In this document: positions 53,130-64,000 of the stretch, piece by piece
How the letters are laid out: the number at the start of each line of letters is the position of its first letter
Numbering within the stretch: the first letter of the stretch is position 1
DNA from: Eledone cirrhosa
Taxonomy: Eukaryota
Assembly: GCA_964016885.1 (NCBI GenBank)
Contig: OZ024742.1
Span: forward strand, 111,352,001-111,416,000
Direction: 5' to 3'
DNA length: 64,000 nucleotides
Made by a program: the position numbers and the translations under genes
Notes under the pieces: generated by a model
Databases searched by the model: none
What the model was told of the DNA's origin: nothing
The model's input: only the letters and a program-made list of their open reading frames with translations

Positions 53130-56100
53130 CAAAAAAAAAACAAAAAAACCCCCAAAACGTAAGGAAAATAAGAATGAAGAGAGAAGCAGGCGGACGGACA
53201 GAGAAGAGGGGGGAAAAACTAAAACTTAAAAAACAAAAACTAAGTCAGACATTCGAACACTACATTACAATGAAACTTATGCTTATTCATTTTTGGGGCC
53301 CTTTCTGCCTGTGTGTTTGTTTGTTTATGTGTGTTCGTATACAGCGTGGTGATAATGCCACACAAGGGCCAAATGGAATGGCGGATCCACAGATGGATAT
53401 GTAACCATACATTCGCCAATCCTCGATAAGAGTGTTTAAATATCGAACATAAACAGTTCGAATAACGGTGGAATGGAGACTAGAACGTCATGTGACAGAC
53501 TCTCACCCAACAGGTGCCCCCTGGCTCAGCAGCAGGAACTTGACTGTCAACCAAATACTGCTGATGTTGGAGGAAGGAGAAGAAGGAAAGGGGCCAGAAC
53601 CAACTGGACGAAAGAATTGAATAGAACTGTTATGCAATGTTACCTGAAAAGTAACCCCAAGGAGAGGGGCTACAGGAGACGGATGCATAACATCTGGAAC
53701 GAGATTGGTTTATTTAAATTAGATGAACAAAAATTGGCCGGGCAGGCTCGGGTAATAAGAACTAATGGATGGATAAGCGAGCTGGAACTGGAGGAACTGA
53801 GCAGAGAGAATGGCTTGGAGATGGCGGGTGTAGTATGCCAGACAAGCGAGCCAGTGGGAAATGAAAGTGAAGAGGTCCTGAGAACGGAGGAACCACCCGA
53901 AGCAGACAATGATCTGAATGCTGAGATAAATAATACCTGGAACAGAGATACGGCCACTGAGGAGATGAATGCTGACGGGCTAGGACAAGATTCGGTTGAC
54001 ATCCTAAATTTAGTGGTAGATGAATTGAACAATGATAGTGGGAGACCTATGAACCTAAGATTTGTAGACAGGAAAAAGTTAAAAGAAACAACAGCTAAGG
54101 TAAACAAAGTCATCCCATACCTTGAGGCGAGGAGCCTTCACCAGTGCAACAATATCCTCAAAGCAACAGCAAATACGGTGAGGAAACTACTTGGTATAAA
54201 AGCGAGAGGAAACAACAGACAAGAAAGAGCAGAGCCGTGGTGGAAGAAGCGACTGAGTGGGCAAATCGGGGAAATGAGAAATGACATAGGAAAGCTTGAG
54301 TCACTACTGAATGGGACACTAAAAAACATAGGCACTAAAAATAGACTGGAAATAAAATACAAAACTAGGAGGAAAAAGCTAAATATTATCATAGAGGAAC
54401 TGAAGCAACGCACTGTAGCAAAGAGTGCAAAAATCAGGCGATACGAGAACAGAGTCAGTCAGTATAAACAGAACCGCATGTTCGACAACAACCAGAAGAT
54501 GCTGTTCGGACAGCTTGAGGGGAAAGAAAGAGGCAACGACTTGATCCCTGGGGCGGAGCAAACTAAAACATTCTGGAGAGGAATATGGGAGCAGGATGTT
54601 AGACACAATGCCCAGGCAGGGTGGATTGAGACAGTACAGAGGGAGATCGGTGAGCAGGCACAGCAACAGACTGATTTGAGTATCACAGTTGAAACTCTTA
54701 AGGGGCAGGCCAAAAAACTAACCAACTGGAAATCACCAGGCCCAGATGGTGTGCAGGGGTATTGGATTAAACATTTTACATCCCTCCACCCGAAGCTGAC
54801 GGCCATGTTCAATGACTGCTTGGTGTAGGGTGAGGTGCCAGAGTGGTTGACAAAAGGTACCACAGTTCTGATAATGAAAGACCGAATCAAGGGTAATGAT
54901 GTTACCAACTATAGACCTATCACATGTCTGTCCGTAATGTGGAAACTGTTGACGAGCATTGTGTCTGAGGAAATCTACCATCACCTCCACACAAACAACT
55001 TGTTACCGGACGAACAGAAAGGATGCCGAAAGAAGTCACGTGGTACAAAGGACCAGTTACTTATTGATAAGATGGTAATGGGGAATTGCAGGAGGAGACA
55101 CACTGATCTTGCCATGGGATGGATAGACTACAGAAAGGCATTTGACATGGTGCCTCATTCCTGGATCACCAAAAGCCTGGAGATCTTCAGGGTGGCAGAT
55201 AACATCAGACAGTTGCTAGGCAGGAGTATGGGGTCCTGGGAGACAGAGTTGACATCAACTGGAGTATCCTTGGGAAGCGTGAAGATCAAAAGAGGTATCT
55301 TCCAGGGAGATAGCCTGTCCCCTCTGTTGTTTGTCCTTGCCCTGATGCCCTTGACCATTATGCTGCGAAAAGTGAGAGCTGGATACAAGTTGGGAAGGGG
55401 AGAGCTTACCATCAATCACCTCCTCTTCATGGACGATCTTAAGCTTTTCGGGAAAAGTGAGGAGTTGGATGTGCTTGTTGACACTGTCCGTATTTTCAGC
55501 AGTGATATATGTATGCAGTTTGGTATTGGTAAATGTGGAGTCATTGTGATGAAGAGGGGTAGGTTGAGCAGAAGTAACGGGATCCAGATACCAACAGGTG
55601 AGATGATAAAGGAAATTGACTCTGAGGAAGGATACAAGTATTTGGGCGTTCTGGAGGCTGATGGCATAAAGAACAAAAAAATGAAGGAATTGTTAAGAAC
55701 TGAATACATTCGGAGAGTAAGGAGCGTATTGAAGTCACATCTGAACAGCAGAAATGCCATAAGCGCAGTAAATTCCCGAGCTGTGTCTATTATTAGGTAC
55801 AGTGCGGGAATTCTGAGATGGAATGTTGCTGAACAAAAAGAAATGGATAGGAAGACTAGGAAGCTATTGACTATCTACAACATGTTCCACAAGAGGAGTG
55901 ATGTCGATAGACTCTACCTAAGGAGATCTGAGGGTGGAAGAGGACTTATCAGCATAGAGGACTGTGTTCAGATGGAGAAAAACAACCTATACAAATACGT
56001 GACCTATAGTAAGGAGCCAATGCTCAGAACTGTACTGAAGGAGGGGACAGTAGGCCAGGGGATGTCCAAGGAGGAAATAACATCAAGGAGGAAGAGCAGC

Positions 56101-56940
56101 CTTAAGGGAAAATCCCTTCATAGTACCTTCTTTGAGAAAACTGAATTTAGAGATCCACAGACATGAAACTGGTTGAGAAGAGGAGACCTCAAAAAGGCTA
56201 CAGAAGGAATGCTAATGGCTGCGCAGGAGCAGGCCCTCAAAACGAAGTGGTTGAAGCACCATATCTACAAGGAGGAGGCTAGCCCACTGTGCAGGATCTG
56301 TGGAGAGAGAGAGAGGAGACTGTGGCTCACATTGTGTCCGAGTGTAAACACCTAGCCCAGACCCACTATAAGGGCTGGAGACACGATGCGATGGGCAGGG
56401 TGATCCACTGGCACCTGTGCAAAGTAAACAATTTACCACATTCTGAGAAATGGTATGAGCATAGGCCAGAGGCGGTGATGGAGAACAATCAGGTGAAGGT
56501 GCTGTGGGATTTTAGGATACAGACGGACAAAAAACTGGAACACAATAGACCTGACCTGGTAGTTGTGGACAAAGAAAAAAGATCGTGTCTGATTGTGGAT
56601 GTGGCCTGCCCGTTCGACACGAGAGTGCAAGAGAAGGAGAGGGAGAAAATTGACCGATACCAGGACCTAAAGTGGGAGGTGAAAAGGATTTGGAACTGCC
56701 ATGAAGTCAAAGTGATCCCGATTGTCATAGGCGCACTGGGGACTATCTCCAAAGGTTTCCAGGGATGGTTAAAGAAAATCGGCCCCTTCACGCTTTTTGG
56801 AACGCTTCAAAAGGCATGCTTGCTTGGAACAGCAAGAACCCTCCGATACGTCCTGAATATCTGAGGCTGCAGGTAGTGGCTTGATATTCAATCCAACGGA
56901 CTTTCCAGTTAACCAACATCAATGACTGAGATTCAAGGAA
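53130..56940 (+). mobile_element. R4/Dong-type non-LTR element, copy 2, near full length
   Basis: Single long ORF with RT, CCHC and restriction-like endonuclease. (AAT)n on both sides. Confidence 0.92.
53473..56864 (+). pseudogene. RT-CCHC-RLE polyprotein with two stops (54826, 56164) and one frameshift (~56310)
   Basis: [42 protein letters not shown]...H...C, RPDLVVVDK...IVDVACP. Confidence 0.93.
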
Positions 56941-56974
56941 TAACAACAATAATAATAATAATAATAATAATAAT

Positions 56975-57478
56975 ATTCTGAGAAGTGGTATGAGGCATAA
57001 GCCAGAATCGGTGATAGAAAACGATCAGGTGAAGGTGCTATGGGATGTTATGATACAGACGGACAAGAAATTAGAACACAATAAACCTGACCTGGTGGTT
57101 TTGGCCAAGGAAAAAAGATCGTGCCTGATTGTGGATGTGGCCTGCCCATTCGACACGAGAGTGCAAGCAAAGGAGAGGGAGAAAATTAACTGATACCAAG
57201 ACTTAAAGTGGGAGGTAAAAAGGATTTGGAACTACCATGAAATCAAGGTCGTCCCGATTGTCATAGGCGCACTAGGGACTATCTTAAAACGTTTCCAAGG
57301 ATGGTTAAAGAAGATTAGTCAACCCTCACTTTTTAGAACACTTCAAAAAGCATGCTTGCTGGGAACAGCAAGAACCACCCGATGCAACCTGAATGTCTGA
57401 GGCTGCAGGTAGTGGCTTGATATTCATTTCAACAAACTTTCCAGTTAAATAACATCAATGACTGAGACTCAAAGAACA
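56975..57478 (+). mobile_element. R4/Dong-type copy 3, 5'-truncated (RLE + 3' UTR)
   Basis: Matches 56440-56940. (AAT)n on both sides. Confidence 0.9.
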
Positions 57479-57522
57479 ATAATAATAGTAATAATAATAA
57501 TAATAATTATTATTATTATTTT

Positions 57523-57731
57523 AGCAGTATCGATAGAGTGTCAGACACCATGCTTTTCAGAATGTAGTTATGACCCTTTACGTTCTGAATTCAAATCCCT
57601 CCGAGGTTAACTTTGCCTACCATCCTTACGGGGGCGATAAAATAAAGTACCAGTCACGCACTGGGGTCGATTTAATCGACTTTCCCCTCCCCCAAAATTG
57701 CTGGCCTTGTGCCTATATAAGAAACCATTAT
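57523..57731 (+). mobile_element. SINE family A in an (ATT)n tract
   Basis: Family-A central block, with the extra segment ggggtcgatttaatcgactttcccctcc. Confidence 0.82.
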
Positions 57732-57763
57732 AATTATTTTTACTATTACTATTATCATCATTA

Positions 57764-57857
57764 TTCTTGGAGTCTCAGTCATTGATGTTATTTAACTAGA
57801 AAGTTTGTTTAAATGAACTGCAATCCGCTACCTGCAGCCACAGATATTCAGGACGTA
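57764..57857 (-). mobile_element. ~95-bp 3'-terminal fragment of the Dong-type family, inverted
   Basis: Reverse complement of tacgtcctgaatatctg.ggctgcaggtag...catcaatgactgagactc.aagaataa. Confidence 0.85.
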
Positions 57858-57944
57858 TTTTTTTTGTTGCTGTTGTTGTTGTTGTTGTTGTTTTGTTATT
57901 ATTGTTGTTGTTATTATTATTATTATTGTTTTTATTTTCTTTCA

Positions 57945-60900
57945 TTATTGTTCCTGAGATATATGCCGAGTGTCTTCCTGATACCTAGGGCAAATAAATT
58001 CACAGTGTGCATTGGTAAGCCAGTTAATACAGCAAATTGACTATAATTAAACACAAAAATAGTATACATATATGCACATTTGCCTATGCATATGTAAATA
58101 CAAGGAGGGATATCAATCTTACAGAGATAGTGCTCTTCTCAATACGTGTGCAGTACCAGCCAAAACAATTTTTCGCACCTCGTGCAGAGAGGGTAGACCA
58201 GGAATCATTCGCAAATATTGTTCTGTTCCTTTCTTGATCATTCCCAGTCCTCCCACAATCACTGGTATTGTAACGGCCTTGAGGTGCCACATTTTCTCAA
58301 TTTCAATAAGCAGATCTTTATATTTTTGTAGCTTGTTAAATTCTTTTGCCCCGATATTGTGATCACACGGGATGCTCATATGTATAAATAAACATACCTT
58401 GTTATGTTGATCTTTTACATTGATGTCAGGTCTATTTGCTTTTATGGTCCCGTCAGTATGTACAGGAAAGTCCCAGAGTATTGTTACTTTTTCTCCTTCA
58501 GTTACAGCCTCAGGGTAAATGATTGTACCACTTGTCTTCAGCTTTGATTTTGTAATGCCGACATATTACCCAGGGTAGATATTGGCCAACTCTGTCATGT
58601 CTATATTTGTATTCTACTGCTGCTAAAACTTTACATCCAGAAACTAAGTGATCCACTGTTTCAACCTCAGCATTGCAGAATCGGCACTTTGGGTTTATTC
58701 CGTTTCTCATCACAATGGCCTGGTAATTACGAGTCAATAAGCTTTGATCTTGGGCAGCTAAGATGAAGTCTTCAGTCTCCGCCTTTAGCCCTGAACTACT
58801 TAGCCACTGGTGGGAGTGCTTTTGGTCAACATCAGCTTGTTTGCTACGGGCCACATATTTGCCATGCAAAGATTTCTGCTCCCAATTTGATGCTAATTGT
58901 CCTTGCCCATTTCATTTTGCCAGTGATTTTATGTGCCTAGCAGCATCAGTTGCAACAGTTTCTTTAGTCTGTCCAGACTGGGTATCAAGCATGATATCAG
59001 TAGCATATATTTTGCTCTCCTTCAAGATAGAATGAAGCTTCTTACTGCTCTCATACTTTTCAACAAGTTTCAGCATACAGTCGTTAGTTGTTTCAAGGTA
59101 TTTCGCCAGTCCAATGATGGTGGTCTTGTAAGCAAGTTCAAATTGGATCAGGCCACGGCCTCCTTGAGTTCAAAGAAGATAAAGACGATCCACATCAGCT
59201 TTTGGGTGGTGCATGCTATTACAGGTCAGTAGATTACGGACTTTGCTGTCGATTCTTTTGATTTCACTCATATTCCAGTTCAACACACCGAAGCTATAAG
59301 TGACAACTTGAACTGCCAAGTAATTTATGGCTAGCACCTTGTTACGAGCATTTAGTTCTGATCTCAGAACTGCACTTCCTCTCCTGTAACATTATTTCCT
59401 TATCCTCTCTTTCATACTTGCATGCTGTATGCCAGAGCCCTCATTAATCCCTAAGTATTTATAGTTCCTTTATGATTGTTTCAGCATCCAATTCAACTGA
59501 GTCTGAGTTGATAAGTCCAAACTCCGTCATGAAGTCATCGTTAAACGTTTTTACTGTTTTTACTGTCCTCAAAAGGCCTTCCAGTTCGCGATTATCTTTG
59601 CAATATAGCTTCCAATCATCCATATAAAAGAGGTGGTTTATTATTTTGTTGTCTATTCTATAACCGTACACTGTTCTATTAAGTTCGGATGTAAGGGGTA
59701 TTAAAGCTATGCATAAAAGCAAGGGTGAAAGTGGATCACCCTGGAATATACCACACTTGATGTTTATATTTCCAGAGCACAGTACACAGTGGAAATGGAA
59801 CAATTGGAGATCGGTGTTCCATAATGACATAATGTGTTTCAGGAAGTTTGAGATCACAGGTGAGACTTTGAAGATGTCCAGTGATTTCAGAATCCATGAG
59901 TGTGGTATGCTGTCAATGGCTTTTTTATAATCGATCCATGTAGAACTGAGATTTCTGTGTTTATTATGACAGTACTCAAGGATCATACGATTAATCAAAA
60001 GTTGATCTTTGCAACCATATGAACCTCGTCGGCACCCTTTTTGTTCAATGGGGAAAAGATTGTTCTCCTCCAAAAACACGTATGCTTTTTCCATGAGAAT
60101 ATTTTATAAGTGGTGGACAAGCAGGTGTTGGGCCGATAGATTTTTGGATCTTTGGTTTTGTTGTTCTTTGGTAGAAGGTAGGTAATGCCACTTGCTATCC
60201 AATCAGGTGTATTTTTTTCATCGTTCATAATTCCATTAAACAGCTTAACCAATATATTGTGAGTGCACGAGAGTGAAGAGAGCCAGAAATTTGCACCCTG
60301 TATCTACCCCGTAAGTCCGCAACAGAGATGTCTTTCCACTGTTCTTCTAAATTTGTATAGGTTTTTAACAGGCGTCTAATCCAAACTACATTAGTATTAT
60401 ATGTCTTCTCATCACTCCAAATCCTACTCCAGAAGTTTCCAACTTCTTCAATAATTATATTTTTTCTTCCCTACTTCTCTATAAAATGACTTAGCATTGG
60501 ATGACAACAACTTATTTTGCCTGTAGAGGTTGTTTCGCTTTTCGAATCTACGAATTCGTTGGGTTTTTAATTGGCCTTTTTGTATCAGAGATTCTTTTGT
60601 TGAAACTATTGCTTCTCTAGAAGACAGTCCATATTTTCTCTTTAGCTTTCTTACCATCTTCGATCTTATATCATTTCCAGTGGTTAACTCACTCAATAAA
60701 GATGTTTCTCCTCTCATTACATCAATCTCCTTTTCGATTCTACTCCTCCAAATTGGTTCACATCGAAGGTTCGACGTTTTTTTTCTGTGGTAAACAAGTT
60801 GTTTCAATTAATCTAGCAGATGCATAAATGATTTCATTTAACTCAGGTTCTAGTTCTTGTATGATTTCTATTGTCACAGAATTACCAATCATTATTTGCT

Positions 60901-61780
60901 TTCTATTTTGGATTGTATTTGGGAGTTTTTGAAGTGGTTCTCTATCATTTATACTAGAATGTCTTACTACTTCAAGCTCATTCAGTATTTTTGCTTTAAT
61001 CCTTTCATAGTCTCCCTGCGTTCTTCAGCAGATGTTTGGTTTTCAATTACTGTTTCTAAGTCCCTCTCCTGGCTATTTTCAGCGGGTTAAATGGGGCTTC
61101 TCATTTCTACGAACCTATTTGTGATTTGGTCAGATGGAGATCTTTCAGTAAAGACTTGAGACCTGTTACTATCTCCTGGAGATTCTTCAGTTTTTTCATC
61201 ATTTATATTTATGTCATTCTCCACAGCATGCTTGATCGCAGTTAGTTCAGTGCCTGTGAGTCTATTATTTCTGACGATATACCTCCTTACATTTGCCAAC
61301 TTATTTCCATCCATATCACGTCTGCTAGCTTGATTCCGAGTTTTCCAGATTTTGTAGGAGTTTAAAGTGTATCTGTCTTGTGATGGCTTACCTAATGCAT
61401 AGTAATATGCATATATTACTTCTTTATTCTCTTCTCGGGTCCATTTCATCCTTTAAGTTTCTCTTTTTGAGGTGGTTTGGGTGGTGGATCTGGAGGGCTC
61501 GAGTTGGGGCAATCCCCGATCAAGTGACCATCCAGATCCATAATTGGAGAAGAGTTTGTGCCAAAGGAGGACTTTTCGATCTCAGGTTGGCACCTTCCAG
61601 AGGGACGCGCTTGCTGGTTGACCATAGGAAAAGCGATTTGGTATTGTGTATTAATTTTTATTTTTTCATCTTGCAGTACATGCTTGCGTTACGCATGGTA
61701 TTGGACGTACATTGAAAGTTGCCCGGCTCTTTGGCTCGCGCATTTGCTGGCTGGCACTGAGATCATTATTACTACTATAA
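57945..61780 (-). mobile_element. second R4/Dong-type family, near full length, decayed
   Basis: KWTREEN, YRPNTCL, EQKGCRRGSYGCKDQL, WIDYKKA, GIFQGDPLSP, YMDD, CRFC...H...C, IPVIVGGLG. Sense-strand tail is (AAT/AAC)n. Confidence 0.9.
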
Positions 61781-62469
61781 CAGTATAGTTATGGTCATTG
61801 CTGTTGTTGATTGAGGTGATATTGTTATGGCTGCAGCTGTAAGAGGTGTACGAGAATTTTCTCAACTGTTCTTGTGGTGTGAGTGGTGCTGGTGGTGGTG
61901 GCAGGGAGATTAATACTGGGGGTGGGGGTGTTGGGAGAGGTAGTGGGTAAGGTGACATTGTAGCTTATAGGAGTTGCTTCTCCGATGTTATTTTCTGTCT
62001 ATTTTGAGTTTGAGGTGTAAATGGGTTGCTAGTATTCTTTTTTTTTCTTCCCCATTGTTTTGTCCTTTATGTGGGCTCGATAAACATACATAAATATACA
62101 TTCACACGTGCATACTTATACACAAGTATGTATATACACACATATATATATACCCGCACATTAGACACTGAGAAGGGAGGTAGGTATCAGTCAGTGACAG
62201 TAGTCTAAAAATAGATTGGGGATTTACTGGTGTGAATGTGGTGGTGGGAGAGAGAAGTGATCGTTCAACTGTCCATTTTCCTTTCAATATCTGAAATTTA
62301 GCCACAATCGTCCAAAAAGTAAAAAAAGAAAATTGTATTTGGGAAATATTTAAAAATATATATGCATCTTTCACATCTTCTTTCCCCTCCAATTATACAC
62401 ATAGAGAAAACAATAAATGCACACACAGACACAGATACACTCACAGCCACAGACCCTCTGTCTTCCAGC

Positions 62470-62690
62470 AGTGAAGATGTACCTGAGTCACCCCTGGGTC
62501 ATCCACCCCCTATAGGGGAATTTATTTTGTTATATTTGTGCATAGTTTATTTTATATTTTTATATCTCCATTGTTAAATTAGTCTTGCCATTGTGTACTT
62601 TTACTCGACCTTATTGTAACCACCCCGCCACTGTCCCTGTCTTTGTATTGTCCCCGACATGTCGGCCCTTGTGGCTAATAAATGAAATCT
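62470..62690 (+). mobile_element. Tx1-type 3' UTR fragment ending in (ATT)n
   Basis: ccccctataggggaattt...tgtggctaataaatgaaatc-tttattatt matches the 3' UTRs at 44085-44260 and 63390-63587. Confidence 0.75.
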
Positions 62691-62721
62691 TTATTATTAT
62701 TATCATCATTATTATTATCAT

Positions 62722-63587
62722 TAGAGATCCTGGGCGTCGAAGAAGATCAGCTGTTTGCTTCCGGAGAACTTTCAGCCCGGGGCCTATGGATAACTTCCAA
62801 AAATCTCTGGCCTGGCAGTGCTACCGGGGAGCGTTGCCGGTTCGAGATAAGCTCTACAGGCACGGAAGTGCCGTTAGCCGAGCCTGTCCGAGATGCGCGC
62901 ATAGCGACGAAACCGTTGTGCACGCACTCGTTCAGTGCCCGAGCATTGCTGACTTGTGGAGCTATATCGAACAGTTGTCACGTGTAGGACTGATCCGGTT
63001 GTCGACTGAGTCCATTGTGCAGATGGTCTCGCCGTCTTCTTTTGAGGAGGAAGGGCAGGCGGTTTTCATCTGCCTGGTGGCCATGGCGAAAGAGATTGTG
63101 TGGTGGACAAGGTTAAAAGGTTTAAAGACAAACACTTTCCTCTTCGGCGAATCCCTAATTAACTTTTTCAAGTTTCACTTGAAGGGGAAAATCAGGGTGG
63201 AGAGGCAAGTGCTGCTTTCTAGCAAGTTTGTTGAAAGGTAGGTGAATGCAGCGAGATGGTCCGAGTGAACGGGACCACTCTGAATATACGTCTGTAGTTT
63301 GAGAGATGGAAAAATTGAGAGAGGGCGCTTGACCTGCTGGTCAGTGTGGCCGTGGTCTTTTGTGTGGTTTTCGCCACGAGTAACCCTCACAGGTTTCCCC
63401 CCTATTGGGGAATTTTTCATTGTTTCAATTTTCATTTTATTGTTTATATATATATATGTTTTATGTCTTTTTTCTTTTCTTATATAAATAATAAAAATAT
63501 TTACACGCACAAAACCCACATTGTACCGTCCTGTTCCGTCTGTGATGTTTTTCTTGATGTCAGCTCTTGTGGCCAATAAAGAAATCA
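62722..63587 (+). mobile_element. 5'-truncated Tx1-type copy between (ATT)n tracts
   Basis: PMDNFQKSLAWQCYRGALPVRDKL...CPRC...H...C is near-identical to the ORF2 C-terminus at 44.4-44.9 kb. Ends aataaagaaatc(att)n. Confidence 0.9.
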
Positions 63588-63647
63588 TTATTATTATCAT
63601 TATTATTATTATTATTATTATTACTATTATTATTATTATTATTATTA

Positions 63648-64000
63648 CAGCTGCATTTATCATGCTTTATGTTCATACGAGTTATCACCAAGTCACAACC
63701 AGTGACCTCAAGAGACAACAAGGTCCTCCATGTTCAAGAAAGAACATACATACTCACACATGCATCTTTAGGTGTTTAGACTTGTGATGTACTTATATTG
63801 ACAGAATCTTTCTTAGTATATGGGCAGTTCCCATTAGTACTAACTTTTGTATTTCTCCTATACGCGGGTTTCCTGGGATTTGCGATAAGTAATCATTAGA
63901 CCCCTTAGCTATCATTCCTAGAGCGCCTACAACCACTGGTATTGTTTTAGTTCTCAATTTCCACATTTTTCCAATTTCTATATCCAGGTCCTTATACTTG
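63648..64000 (-). mobile_element. 3' end of a third R4/Dong-type element (runs off the window)
   Basis: Minus strand reads KYKDLDIEIGKMWKLRTKTIPVVVGALG...LVLMGTAHILRKILSI*, stop at ~63793. Sense-strand tail is (AAT)n. Confidence 0.85.

Noticed and set aside
54826-56166. In-frame TAG/TGA as programmed readthrough or selenocysteine
   Set aside because: Copy 1 has TGG at the TGA position, and the TAG fits a single C>T change. Ordinary decay.

Overview
This is AT-rich eukaryotic DNA, dense in microsatellites, with no recognisable host protein-coding exon. The SINE families and repeat content suggest a coleoid cephalopod, probably an octopus (inference). The window has two compartments. (1) About 2-40.5 kb is rich in (TA)n tracts. 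Many of these tracts are interrupted by short non-coding inserts (0.1-1.1 kb) from several unrelated sequence families. Most inserts are fold-back palindromes or tandem units, and many carry a minimal type I hammerhead ribozyme (HHR) motif, with 3' ends pointing outward into the TA tract. Two contain more than one copy of a non-coding monomer (432 and 489 nt) with one HHR site per monomer, which is a retrozyme-like layout. The same region holds candidate helper lineages: a near-complete Penelope-like element (RT + GIY-YIG, 8.4-13.1 kb) with the same outward-facing inverted architecture, and two relics resembling the Hydra clade. (2) About 42-64 kb is a cluster of non-LTR retrotransposons at (AAT/ATT)n tracts: L1/Tx1-type elements and R4/Dong-type RT-RLE elements, which use the trinucleotide repeat in opposite orientations. 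tRNA-derived SINEs and RTE and CRE fragments are scattered throughout. All coding regions are disrupted. All structures were read by eye, with no folding, alignment or database search.
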